A stretch of 64,000 bases of DNA. It comes from Squalus acanthias. Lineage: Eukaryota. Position numbers and translations under genes: made by a program. The stretch is from the NCBI GenBank assembly GCA_030390025.1, contig CM059432.1:152460001-152524000 (forward strand). The letters run 5' to 3'. The notes beneath the pieces were generated by a model. The model made no database searches. It was not told where the DNA came from and was given only the letters and a program-made list of their open reading frames with translations. Below, one piece after another: positions 12,347-24,991 of this stretch (within the stretch, counting starts at the first letter, position 1; every line of letters starts with the position of its first letter).

Positions 12347-15300
12347 ATTTTTTTTTATTCGTTCCTGGTATCTGGGTGTCGCTGGCACAGCCAGCATTTA
12401 TTGCCCATCCCTAATTGCCCTTGAGAAGGTGGTGGTGAGCCGCTTTCTTGAACTGCTGCAGTCCGTGTGGTGAAGGTACTCCCACAGTGCTGTTAGGTAG
12501 GGAGTTCCAGGATTTTGACCCAGCGATGATGAAGGATCGGCGATATACTTCTAAATCAGGATGGTGTGTGACTTGGAGGAGAACTTGGAGGTGATGGTGT
12601 TCCCATGTGCCTGCTGCCCTTGTCCTTCTAGGTGGTAGAGGTTGCGGGTTTGGGAGGTGCTGTCGAAGAAACCTTGGCGAGTTGCTGCAGTGCATCTTGT
12701 AGATGGTACACACTGCAGCCACGGTGCACTGGTGGTGGAGGGAGTGAATGTTTAAGGTGGTGGATGGGGTGCCAATCAAGCGGGCTGCTTTGTCCTGGAT
12801 GGTGTCAAGCTTCTTGAATGTTGTTGGAGCTGCACTCATCCAGGCAAGTGGAGAGTATTCCATCACACTCCTTACTTGTGCCTTCTGGAAAGACTTTGGG
12901 GAGTCAGGAGGTGAGACACTCGCTGCAGAATACATAGCCTCTGACCTGCTCTTGTAGCCACAGTAGTTATATAGCTGGTCCAGTAAAGTTTCTGGTCAAT
13001 GGTGACCCCCAGAATGTTGATGGTGGGGGATTCGGTGATGGTAATGCTGTTGAATGTCAAGGGGCGGTGGTTAGGCTCTCTTGTTGGAGATAGTCATTGC
13101 CTGGCACTTGTGTGGCGCAAGTGTTACCTGCCACTTATCAGCCCAAGCCTCAATGTTGTCCAGGTCTTGCTGCATGCGGGCATGGACTACTTCATTATCT
13201 GAGGAGTTGTGAATGGAACTGAATGCTGTGCAATCATCAGCGATTATCCCCTTATGATGGAGGGAAGGTCATTGATGAAGCAACTGAAGATATCCTGGGG
13301 CTGAGATGATTGGCCTCCAACAACCACAACCATCTTGCTTTGTGCTAGGTATGACTCCAGCCAGTGGAGAGATTTTCCCCTGATTCCCATTGACTTCAGT
13401 TTTACTAGGGCTCCTTGATGTCACACTCGGTCAAATACTGCCTTGATGTCAAGGGCAGTCACTCTCACCTCACCTCTGGAATTCAGCTCCTTTGTCCATG
13501 TTTGGACCAAGGCTGTAATGAGGTCTGGAGCCAAATGGTCCTGGCGGAACCCAAAATGAGCATTGGTGAGCAGGTTATTCGTGAGTAAGTGCTGCTTGAT
13601 AGCACTGTCGACGACACCTTCCATCTCTTTGCTGATGATTGAAAGTAGACTGATGGGGTGGTAATTGGCCAGATTGGATTCTTCCTGCTTTTTGTGGACA
13701 GGATCTGGACAGTTTTCCACATTGTTGGGTAGATGCCAGTGTTGTAGCTGTACTGAAACAGGTTGGCTAGAGGCGCGGCTAGTTCTGGAGCACAAGTCTT
13801 CAGCACGATAGCCGGGATGTTGTCGGGGCCCACAGCCTTTGCTGTATCCAGTGCACTCAGCCATCTCTTGATATCACGTGGAGTGAATCGAATTGGCTGA
13901 AGACTGGCTTCTGTGATGGTGGAGACCTCGGGAGTAGGCCGATATGAATCATCCACTCGGCACTTCTGGCTGAAGATGGTTGCAAACGCTTCAGCCTTGT
14001 CTTTTGCACTCACGTGCTGGGCGCCACCATCATTGAGGATGGGGATATTCATGGAGCCTCCTCCTCCCATTAATTGTTTAATGGTCCACCACCATTCACG
14101 ACTGGATGCAGCAGGACTGCAGAACTTTGATCTGATCCATTGATTGTGGGATCCCTTAACTCTGTATATAGCATGCTGCTTCCGCTGTTTCGCATGCATG
14201 TAGTTCTGTGTTGCAGCTTATTTTTAGGTACGCTTGGTGCTCCTGTACACTCCTTATTGAACCAGGGTTGGCCCCTGGCTTGATGGTAATGGTAGAGTGA
14301 GGGATATGCCGGGCCATGAGGTTACAGATTGTGGTGGAATACAATTCTGCTGCTGCCACACAGTGCCTCATGGATGTTCAGTTTTGAGCTGCTAGATCTG
14401 TTCTGAATCTATCCCATTTAGCACAGCGGTAGTGCCACACAACACAATAGAGGGTGTCCTCAGCATGAAGACCGGACTTCATCTCCACAAGGTCTGTGCA
14501 GTGGTCACTGTCATGAACAGATACATCTACGGCAGGTAGATTGGTGAGGACGAGGTCAAGTAAGTTTTTCCCTCTTGTTGGTCCTCTCACCACCTGCTCA
14601 GGCCCAGTCATGTCCTTCAGGACTCGGCCAGCTGTGGTACTACCGAGCCACTCTTGGTGATGGACATTGAAGTCCCCCACCCGAAGTACCTTCTGTGCCC
14701 TTGCTACTTCTTCCAAGTGGTGTTCATCAGCTGAGGGAGGGCAGTAGGTGGTAATCAGCAGGAGGTTCCTTGCCTATGTTTGACCTGAAGCCATGAGACT
14801 TCATAGGGTCCGGGGTCAATGTTGAATACTTCAAGGGCCACTCCTTCCCGACTGTATACCAGTGTGCCGCCACCTCTGGTGGGTCTGTCCTGCTGGTGGG
14901 ACAGGACATACCCAGGGATGGTGATGGAGGAATCTGGGTTATTGACTGAAAGGTATGATTCTGTGAATATGACTATGTCAGGCTTTTGCTTGACTCGTCT
15001 GTGAGACAGCTCTCCCAATTTTGGCACAAGTCCCCAGATGTTAGTGAGGAGGGCTTTGCAGGGTTGACTGGGCTGGGTGTGCCTTTGTCGTGTCCAAAGG
15101 CGGTGGCTAAGTTGATGTCGGGTGGTCCGTCTGTTTTTTTCTTCTTCTTTTTTTTCGTAGTGCTTTGGTACAACTGTGTGACTTGCTAGGCCATTTCAGA
15201 GGGCAGTTAAGAGTCAACCACATTGCTGTGGGTCTGGAGTCACATATAGGCCAGACCGGGTAAGGACGGCAGATTTCCTTCCCTAAAGGACATTAGTGAA

Positions 15301-15492
15301 CCAGATGGGTTTTTATGACAATCCGGTAGTTTCATGGTCACCATTATTGATACTAGCTGTTTATTCCAGATTTACTTAATTAACTGAATTTAAATTCCCT
15401 CGCTGCCATGGTGGGATTTGAACTCGCGTCTCCGGATCATTAGTCCAGGCCTCTGGATTACTAGCCCAGTGACATTACCACTATGCTACTGT
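12347..15492 (-). mobile_element. Near full-length decayed APE-RT non-LTR retrotransposon (L2/CR1 supergroup) with tRNA/SINE-like 5' head
   Basis: Endonuclease PDIVIFTESYL and VGDFNVHH; RT KAVGPDNIP, YHPISLLS, LDIKAVFDRV, KAQVRSVMEYSP; tail GGGCAATAAATGCTGGC; A/B-box-like head at 15405-15492. Confidence 0.88.
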
Positions 15493-15617
15493 AGGCTCTA
15501 TTTGGACGCACAATGAGCCAGATTTTGCTGGAGCAGGGCATGCCCTGTTAATTAGATTTAAAATTGCACATTTAGGTTTAAAAAATGTTGTGTAAGGTAT
15601 TGTGTGTCTAGGCCATT

Positions 15618-15825
15618 ATTTATCCCTCAACCAACATCACCAAAACAGATTATCCTGTCATTATCACATTGCTGTTTGTGGGAGCTTGCTGTGTGCAAAT
15701 TGGCTGCCACGTTTCCTGCATTATAACAGTGACTGCTCTTCAACAGTACTTAATTGGCTGTAAAGCGCTTTGGGATGTCCTGAGGTCATGAAAGGCGCTG
15801 TAGAAATGAAAGTCTTTTTTCTTTT
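15618..15825 (+). mobile_element. SacSINE1-like Deu-SINE 3' half
   Basis: cattgctgtttgtgggagcttgctgtgtgcaaattggctgcc Deu-like core plus L2-type tail aaaggcgctgtagaaatg. Confidence 0.8.
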
Positions 15826-15889
15826 GTAAGTTTTGGTAGGGTAAGAGGATATAACATATGAGGGAATAACATGTGTAGTGTACTGTTTT

Positions 15890-17050
15890 TCTATTCATTC
15901 TTACGAAGTTGACATCGCTGGCAAGGTCAGCATTGATTGCCCATCCCTAGTTGCCCTGAGAAGGTGGTGGGGAGCCTTTTTCTTGAACAGTGTTTTTTTT
16001 GATATAACTGAGGGGCTTGCTAGGCCACTTCAGAGGGGAGTTATGAGTCAACCATAATGGTGTGGGACTGGAGTCACATGTAGTCCACATAAGCATTGCA
16101 CTACTGTACCTGAGATTTGAAGATTTGAAGAAAGCAAATTCCTAATTTCATTATTTGTACGAGAAAAAGCAGATGTGAGTGAAAAAAATTGTCAATCAGG
16201 CTAGTTTTTCACTAAAATTAGCGAAGATTGAAAGTTCAATCCCAGCATTCAGCAAATCACCTCTGGTCATTTCTTTTATTTGTTCATGGGATGTGGGTGA
16301 CACTGGTAACGCAGTATTTATTGCCCATCACCGCTTGCACTGGGGGTACTCGGAGTCAACCATGTAATGTGGGATTGGAGTCACATTTGGGCCAGACTAG
16401 GTAGGGGTGATAAGTTCCCTTCCCTCAAGGTCATTAGTGAACTGTTCGGGTTTTATCACCATCCAGAAGCTTTCAATGTGATTTTTTATCTGGTGCCAGT
16501 CCACAAATTACCAGATTTATTGAATTCACTTTCACAACTTGCTATGGTGAGATTTGGACACACAATGAGCCAGATTTTGCTGGAGTGGGGCATCTCGCAG
16601 CGTGCCCCGTTAATTAGACTTACAATTGCACGTTTAGGTTTTAAAAAATTTTGCCCACAAAGTTGCTGGAAGTGCGAGCTGATAACGGCGCAGTGAGGGC
16701 AACAGGGCATCTGGGACCTTGGTGAACAACAGGACAACCATTGAGATTAAAGGGTTGAGAAATAAACAGAGGAAGGACTGAGAAGGAGGGCAGTTAAGAG
16801 TCAACCATATTGGTGTGGGACTGGAGTCACATATGGGCAAGGACGGCAGGTTTTCTTCCTAAAGGACATTATTGAACCAATTGGGTTTTTACAACAATCC
16901 AACAGCTTCATGATATTATTGAATGGCGGTCAGGCTCGAGGGGCCATTTGGCTACTCCTGCTCCTTTTCTTATGTTCTTATGTTCTCAAACTGCCATGGT
17001 GAGATTGGAATTCACATTCTCTGGATTGCAACTCCAGTAACATAACCACT
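15890..17050 (-). mobile_element. Cluster of short SINE-like derivatives of the 12347-15492 LINE, with a Harbinger-MITE-like piece (16566-16790) and a CR1 tail (~16918-16985)
   Basis: Repeated ggagtcacat / agagtcaacca head segments joined directly to the ttgcccatccc LINE tail. Confidence 0.6.
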
Positions 17051-17110
17051 ACACTAGCATACCCCAGGCATATAGTATACGGTGTACAGTATACTGTGCA
17101 TGACAGAAGA

Positions 17111-18435
17111 GGGGCGAAATTGGTCTCGGTAGTGCCTGATTTTTGGGTGCCTCAAGGCCCTTTGAGGTTCCAAAATGGCGCCCGCAGCGCACGCGCAGAC
17201 TTCTGACTCGAAGTGTGCCGGATGCCATATTGGTAAAGGGGTTAGCGCGCGTGCACCTAACGTCCACTGCCAGCATGCAGAGCAGGCAGATCATGACGTC
17301 AATCAGCGTACAATGCTGATTTGATTCCAGCGCTCCCATTTTGGACCTCCACGCTCCAGCCTATGCCCTCTCTTAACCTCGCACAGCTGAACACAACGTT
17401 AAGCAGCATGAAGGACACCCCACCAGCACTATTTAAAGGAATCATCAACTACTTACAGGTTAGTCGCTGGTTTATTTCTTCTGGCTGTGGCTACAGTTCT
17501 ATGTTTTGCATATACTCAATGACTGAGCATCCTCTGGGGTAGAGAATTCCAAAGATTCACAAACCTCTGAGCGAAGAAATTTCTTATCATCTCAATCCGA
17601 AATGGCCGACCCCTTATCCTGAGACTATGCCCCTAGTTCTAAACTCTCCAGCCAGGGGAAACAGCCTCTCAGCATGTACCCTGTCAATCCCTCTCAGAAT
17701 CTTATATGTTTCAATGAGATCACCTCTTTCTTCTAAACTCCAGTGAGTTTAGGCCCATTCTACTCAATCTCTCCTCATAGGGCAACCCTCTCATCCCAGG
17801 AATCATGTACCTAAAGGGGTTCCACTCCCTCAACGTGCAGCTGGTGTGTGACCATAGGCAGCGCATCATGCAGGTCAATGCCCGGTATCCTGGCAGCAGT
17901 CATGATGATGTCATTCTCCGGCAGTCCTCCGTGCCAGCTGTATTTCAACTACCACTCCAAATCAAAGGGTGGCTACTGGGCGTCAAAGGCTATCCGCTGA
18001 CGACAGGCTCATGACTCCGATCCGCAACCCACTCACACGTGTACAGTAGGCATACGAGAGCCATGCTGCCACAAGAAATTTGATATTGCAGACCATTGGC
18101 ATCCTGAAGCAACGATTCTGCTGTCTGGAGGAGCCCTGCAGTATTCACCAGAATGTGTCTCAAGATTTGTTCTGGTATGCTGCATGCTACACAACCTGGC
18201 CATCATGAGGGAACAGCCCTTGCCACCACCTATCAGGCGAGAAGCTGAGGAGCATGAGGAGGAGGAGGCATAGGAGGAAGATGATTTGGCAGAAGAGGAG
18301 GAAGGGAGGCTACAACCTCGACAGCCCCTTTCTGCCCGGGCTGTATGTGAACAAATAGTTCAAGAGAGATATCAGTAACCTCAACCCCAATTCCCCATTC
18401 ACCAACAGTTCCACACTCCTTACCTTCCCTCTGTC
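17111..18435 (+). mobile_element. Harbinger fragment: terminus plus HARBI1-like transposase 3' half, interrupted by a minus-strand CR1 piece (~17520-17784)
   Basis: TIR-like ggggcgaaattgg; ORF 17805-18014 [30 protein letters not shown]; downstream CCMLHNLAI and an acidic tail. Confidence 0.85.
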
Positions 18436-18439
18436 ACTG

Positions 18440-19925
18440 AGTTTGAGAGTGACGTACTCAAATGCGATTAGAGAGTCTTAAATTTAAATAAAGCCAATTA
18501 CATAGGTACGGGGGCGAATTGCTAAGGTAGATTGGGAAATTAGGTTAAAAGGTATGACAGTAGATAAGCAGTGGCAAACATTTCAAGAAATATTCCAATA
18601 TTATCAATGAATATACATTCCATTGAGAAATAAAAACTCCATGGGAAAAGTTATCCATCCGTGGCTAACTAAAGAAGCTAAGGATAGTATAAGATTAAAA
18701 GAAAAGGCTTATAATGTTGTGAAGAATAGCAATAAGCCTAAAGATTGGCAGAGCTTTAGAAACCAGCAAAGGATGACCAAAAAATTGATAAAAAGGGAGA
18801 AAATAGAATATGAGAGTAAACAGGAAAGAAGTATAAAAACAGATTGTAAGAGCTTCTACAAGTATGTAAAAAGGAAGAGAGTAGCAAAAGTAAGCGTTGG
18901 TCCCTTAGAGGCTGAGACAGGAGAAATTATAATGGGGAATAAGGAAATGGCAGAGACTTGAAACAAATATTTTGTATCTGTCTTCACAGTAGAAGACACA
19001 AAAAGCATACCAAAAATAATGGGGAACCAAGGGGTTAATGAGATTGAGGAACTTAAAATAATTAAGATCAGTAGAGAAAAAGTACTTGAGAAACTAATGG
19101 GACCAAAAGCCAACAAATCCCCTGGACCTGATGGCCTACATCCTAGGGTTTTAAAAGAGATGGCTGCAGAGATAGTGGATGCATTGGTTGTGATCTTCCA
19201 AAATTCCTTAGATTCTAGAATGGTCCCAGTGGATTGGAAGGTAGCAAATGTAACCCCTCTATTCAGGAAAGGAGGGAGAGAGAAAACAGGGATCAGTCAT
19301 CAGGAAAATGGTGGAATCCATTATTACGGAAGTGGAAACAGGGCACTTAGAAAATCATAATATGATTAGGTAGAGTCAACATGGTTTTATGAAAGGGAAA
19401 TCGTGCTTAACAAATTTATTAGAGTTTTTTTGAGGATGTAACTAGCAGGGTAGATAAAGGGGAACCAGTGGATGTAGTATATTTCAAAAGGCATTTGATA
19501 AGGTGTCACATAAAAGGTTGTTATGCAAGATAAGGGGCTCAAGGGGTTGGGGGTAATATATTAGCATGGATAGAGGATTGGTTAACAAACAGAAAAAAGA
19601 GAGTAGGGATAAACGGGTCATTTTCAGGTTGGTGGGCTGTAACTAGTGGGGTGTCGCAAGGATCAGTGCTTGGGCCTCAGCTATTTACAATCTATATTAA
19701 TGATTTAGATGAAGGGACCGAGTGTAATGTATCCAAATTTGCTGATGATACAAAGCTAGGTAGGAAAGTAAGCTGTGAGGAGAACACAAAGAGCCTGCAG
19801 AGGGATATAGACAGATTAAGTGAGTGGGCAATAAGGTGGCAGATGGAGTATAATGTGGGGAAATGTGAGGTTATTCACTTTGGTAGGAAGAACAGAAAAA
19901 CAGAATATTTTTGAAATGATGAGAA
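18440..19925 (+). mobile_element. CR1 LINE ORF2 (split by Gypsy copy 2; continues 24289-24383)
   Basis: KSPGPDGLHPRVLKE, QGSVLGPQLF, KFADDTK; the joined flanks read NDEKLSNVGVQRDLGVLV. Confidence 0.94.
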
Positions 19926-20170
19926 TGTGGCGGATCGCCACCTAAAACGGGCATAATCCACTCTTCCATCTGTGGACAAATTTCCAGCCCCTTCCCTTTA
20001 AGGCAGAAGGGGGCAGGGCCTCAGGTTTTACCCAGAGAATTCTGGGAGTTTACCCAGAGAATTCTGGGAGCAGCTCTCTCAGCCATTTGGTGTGCCATGC
20101 AGTGAATAAAAGCTTCTTGTTTTCCACATATAGATTCAGCCTCCATTCGTGTTTCGCGGCAGCCTCAACA
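19926..20170 (+). repeat. 5' LTR of Gypsy copy 2
   Basis: TGTGGCGG...CCTCAACA with AATAAA; about 10 differences from the 3' LTR by eye. Confidence 0.95.
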
Positions 20171-20210
20171 TTGGTGACCCCGACGCTCAGAACGTATTCC
20201 GAGCACTGCA

Positions 20211-23200
20211 ATGGCGGACACGAATGCAGTTTCCGTGAAACTGCCGGAGTTTTGGGAAAACCAGCCCGAAGCCTGGTTTCTCCAAGCTGAATCTCGCTTC
20301 CGGCTGCGAAATATCACCACAGATGGGACGAAGTACGACTATCTCGTCACATCACTCAGTAGCGTCGCAGTTTCCAAGGTTTGGACAACGCTGCAGAACC
20401 CACCAGAGGAAGGCAAGTACGCACATCTCAGAACAGCGCTCCTTAAAAAATTTACGGCCTCGGCATATCAGCGAAACTGTCACCTCCTCGACCTTCCAGG
20501 CCTTGGTGATGCCTCACCGTCAGACCTCCTCTCCCACATGCTCTCCCTCACCGACGAGAGCCCACCCGGATCCCTCTTCTGCACGCTGTTCATCCGCCAG
20601 CTCCCTCTCAGCATCCGCCCAGCGATCGTGGCGTCCGGCCTCACGAACCTGGAAGCCCTGGCCGATGAGGCCGACAAGCTGCTGTCCGCTCACTCCAGCT
20701 GCGACGTCACTCCGGACCTGGCAGCTAATGCCTGGGCGCGCCCCTCACCATCCAGCCCGCGGCCACAAGGGCCTGTCACCAGGCCCACGGGGCCTTCACG
20801 CCCCACTAACCCGGGCCACTGTTACTACCACGCACGGTTCGGCGCCAGGGCACAACGGTGCACACCTCCTTGCTCTTTCAAGTCCGCCCCCGTTCTAGCC
20901 CCCGCGATGGCCGTGGGCCACGCGGGCTCCCTGCTGTACGTCACGGATGACAAAACCAGCCGCCGGTTCCTGTGCGACACTAGAGCTCAGCACAGCATCA
21001 TCCCGGCCTCCTCCCTCGACATCCAAAAGGGCGAACGAGGACCGGCGCTGGCTGCTGCTAACGGCTCGGAAATCCGGACGTATGGCACCCGGACAGTCAT
21101 CCTCGACCTCGCTGGTCACCGCTACCGATGGGAGTTCATCACTGCCAAGGTGCTCTCCCCCCTCATCGGCGCAGATTTCCTGTGTGCCCACGGCTTACTG
21201 GTAGACATCCCTCGTCACCGCCTCGTGGACATGAACACCATGTCCCCCATCCTGGGCGCCATGGCCCCCCGTCAACCCGCCGACATGGCGTCACAGTGCC
21301 ACGCCCGGGCCACGGATGACTACTCGGCACTCCTGGCCGAATTCCCGGCCCTTACCAATCCGACCTTCTCCGCGGAGGCCGCCAAACACGGGGTGGAACA
21401 CTTCATCCCCACCACAGGCCCCCCAGTGTACACCCACGCCCGCAGGCTGGACCCGGCCAAACTGGAGATCGCGCGGACCGAGTTTGCCACCATGGAACAG
21501 CTCGGCATCATCCGCCGCTCCAACAGTCCCTGGGCCTCCCCACTCCACATCGCCCCCAAACCAGGCGGGGGTTGGCGCCCCTGCGGGGATTACCGCCGCC
21601 TCAATGACGCCACCACCCCTGATCGGTACCCCGTGCCGCACATTCAGGACTTCTCGGCTAGACTGGCCGGCCGCTCAGTCTTTTCCAAGGTCGAACTGGT
21701 GCGCGGCTACCACCAAGTCCCCGTCCACCCCGCGGACGTCCCCAAGACGGCCGTAATCACCCCCTTCGGCCTGTTCGAGTTCCTGCGGATGCCCTTCGGC
21801 CTCAAAAACGCGGCCCAGGCATTCCAACGGCTCATGGACTCGGTCCTTCGGGACCTGAAGTTCCTGTTCGTCTACCTGGACGACATCCTGGTAGCCAGTT
21901 CCTCCAAGCAGGAACACCTCGAACACCTTCGCATCCTGTTCGGGCGCCTCAGCGACCACGGGCTCATCCTCAGCCCAGCCAAATGCCAGTTCGGCCTGGA
22001 CAAGATCGACTTCCTTGGCCACCACATCACCCAGGCTGGGGCCATTCCCCTGCCCACCAAGGTGCAGGCCGTCCAACAATTTCCCCGCCCCGCCACCATC
22101 AAAGGCCTCCAGGAGTTCCTCGGGATGGTGAATTTCTATAACCGCTTCATCCCCAAAGCGGCGTCCCTCATGAGGCCCCTGTATGAAGCCCTCTGGGGCA
22201 GGAGCGGCAAGATGGCGGTCGAATGGACGGCAGATGCGTCCGCCGCCTTCGATTCCACCAAGACCGCGCTCGCCAACGCCACCCTGCTCGCGCACCCACG
22301 GCCCAATGCCAGGGTAGCGCTCACCACGGACGCATCCGACCACGCGGTCGGCGCCGTGTATGAGCAGTGGGTCGACGGCGCCTGGCAACCACTTCCCTTC
22401 TTCAGCCGCCAACTACGCCCCCCGGAGGTCAAGTACAGCACCTTCGACCGCGAGCTCCTCGCGCTGTTCCTGGCGGTCCGCCATTTCCGGTTTTTGCTTG
22501 AGGGTCACCCCTTCACTGCGTTTGTCGACCACAAGCCCCGACATTCGCAATGGCAAAGACAACCGACCCCTGGTCCGCCAGGCAGCAGCGCCAGCTCGCG
22601 GCAGTGTCCGAGTTCACCACGGACATCCAACACGTCTCCGGCCGAGACAATGTGGTAGCCGACTGCCTCTCCCGCCCCGCCATCCACGCCACACACCTAG
22701 CAGTCGACTACGCTCAACTTGCAGCAGACCAGATCACCGATCCGGATCTGCTCTCCGCACCCACCAACCTACCAGGGCTACGCCTGGCCGATGTCGCCTG
22801 TGGCCCGACCGCAGTCACGGTCAAGTGCGACATATCCCTATGTCAACCTCGGCCCGTTGTCCCAGCGTCCTGGCGCCGCCGGATATTCGACATTCTCCAC
22901 AACCTCTCCCACCCCGGCGCCCGCGCATCCATCAAGTTGGTAGCCAACCGCTTTGTCTGGCGCGACCTTCGCAAGGATGTTCGTACTTGGGCCAACTCCT
23001 GCCTATCCTGCCAACGTGCCAAGGTACAGCAACACACGAAAGCACCCCTCGAGGAGTTTACCGTCCCCTCGCGGAGATTCGACCACATCCACGTGGACAT
23101 CGTCGGGCCCCTGCCACCGTCGCAAGGCCACACGCACTTGCTGACCATCGTTGACCGCACCACACGCTGGCCTGAGGCAATTCCACTGACCTCTACCACC

Positions 23201-24022
23201 ACCGCCGACATCGCCAGAGCCTTCGCCAGCACCTGGGTCGCACGGTTCGGCGTCCCCTCCGACATGACGTCGGACAGAGGTCCGCAATTTACCTCTGAAC
23301 TCTGGACCGCCGTCGCACGCAATCTCGGGGTGACCATTCACCGCACCACAGCATGCCACCCCCAAGCCAACGGACTGTGTGAGCGGTTCCACAGATCCTT
23401 GAAGGCATCTCTTCGAGCCAGCCTCCAAGATGGCGCCTGGACTGACCGACTTCCGTGGGTCCTCCTTGGCCTGCGCACCGCGGTTAAAGAAGACCTCCAC
23501 GCATCGGCAGCAGAGCTCGTGTACGGTCAGCCGCTGCGCGTACCCGGCGAGTTCCTGCCCACCGCCACGACACCCTGGTCAGCCGACCAGCAACACTTCA
23601 ACTTCGCCTCACCGGCGCTGCAGTTCGCCCCGGTGCCCATTGCCCGACACGGCGAATCCACCTCACACGTCCCACTAAGCCTGCACCAGGCACGGTTTGT
23701 TTTCGTCCGGCACGACGCCCACCGCGGACCCCTTCAACCCCCGTACGACGGGCCCTACAAGGTGCTACAGGCTGGGGACAAATTTTTCACCCTGCAAGTG
23801 GGCGACAGGACCGAAAAAGTGTCGGTGGACCGACTCAAGCCAGCACACTCGGAGCCCGGGGAGCAGGTCCCTGTAGCTCGTCCACCTCCACGCGGCCGAC
23901 CTGCCCTCAAGCCGGTTCACCTGGCTGCTCCACGCCCGGCCGTCCCACGTCCACCAGCATCCTACAAGAGCCGCTCCGGCCGGCCCCTCAGACCGCCGCA
24001 CCGTCTCGTCCACACCTCCTAA
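20211..24022 (+). pseudogene. gag-pol of Gypsy copy 2 (frameshift ~22540; protease DTG changed to DTR)
   Basis: ORFs 20211-22658 (Gag, PR, RT YLDD, RNase H TDAS) and 22550-24022 (integrase). Confidence 0.93.
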
Positions 24023-24042
24023 GCAGATTCTGGGGGGAGCTG

Positions 24043-24288
24043 TGTGGCGGATCGCCACCTAAAACGGGCATAATCCACTCTTCCGTCTGTGGACAAATTT
24101 CCAGCCCCATCCCTTTAAGGCAGAAGGGGGCGGAGCCTCAGGTTTTACCCAGAGAATTCTGGGAGTTTACCCAGAGAATTCTTGGAGCAGCTTTCTCAGA
24201 CATTTTGTTTTGCCATGCAGTGAATAAAAGCTTCTTGTTTTCCACATATGGATTCAGCCTCCATTCGTGTTTCGCGGCAGCCTCAACA
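24043..24288 (+). repeat. 3' LTR of Gypsy copy 2
   Basis: Direct repeat of 19926-20170 following the PPT. Confidence 0.95.
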
Positions 24289-24385
24289 AGAAACTATCAA
24301 ATGTTGGTGTTCAGAGAGATTTAGGTGTCCTCGTACAGAGAGTTAGCATGCAGATACAGCAAGCAATTAGGAAGGCAAAAGGCAT

Positions 24386-24990
24386 AAATCATAGAATCAT
24401 AGAAACTTACAGCACAGAAGGAGGCCATTCGGCCCGTCGTGCCTGTGCTGGTTCTGAAATAGCAGTTGTGCTTAGTCCCACATCCTCGCATTTTGTCCGT
24501 AACCCTGTAAGTTCCTCATCCTCAACAACCTGTCCAACTTCCTTATAAAATTATTCATGAAATCCGCTTCCACCACCTTTTCAGGTCGAACGTTCCAGAT
24601 TCCGACAACTCTCTGAGTGAAAAAAATTCTCCTCTTCTCCCCTCTAGATCTTTTGCCAATGCTTTTGAATCCATGACCTCTGGTTGTTGACCCACTCGCC
24701 AGAGGGAATCGTTTTTCTCCATCTCCTCTATCAAAACCTCTCATCATCTTGAAAACCTCTATTAGGTTACCTCTTAACCTTCTCTGTTCCAAGGAGAACA
24801 TTCCTAACTTTTCCAACCTCTCCTCATAACTGGAGTCCCTCATACCTGGTAACATCCTGGTAAACCTCCTCTGTACCCTTTATAAGGCCTTTCCATCTTT
24901 CCTGAAGTGTGGTGCCCAGAACTGTCCGCAATACTTTCCTTCTCAAGTATATATCCAAATCTCTTTTGGAAGTTATTTTTGAATCTGTTT
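24386..24990 (-). mobile_element. CR1 3' fragment
   Basis: ORF 24472-24855 SYEERLEKLGMFSLEQRRLRG; tail tctatgattctatg. Confidence 0.9.
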
Positions 24991-24991
24991 G

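Larger units (their letters stand above)
19926..24288 (+). mobile_element. Full-length Gypsy LTR retrotransposon, CsRN1/Kabuki-like clade, copy 2
   Basis: LTRs at 19926-20170 and 24043-24288; TSD AGAA at 19922-19925 and 24289-24292; PBS TGGTGACCCCGACG at 20172-20185; PPT at 24032-24039. Confidence 0.96.

Noticed and set aside
10573..19925. Inversion of the segment between the inverted Gypsy copies
   Set aside because: Each copy keeps matching TSDs (CCCT, AGAA), its own LTR subtype and contiguous CR1 flanks.
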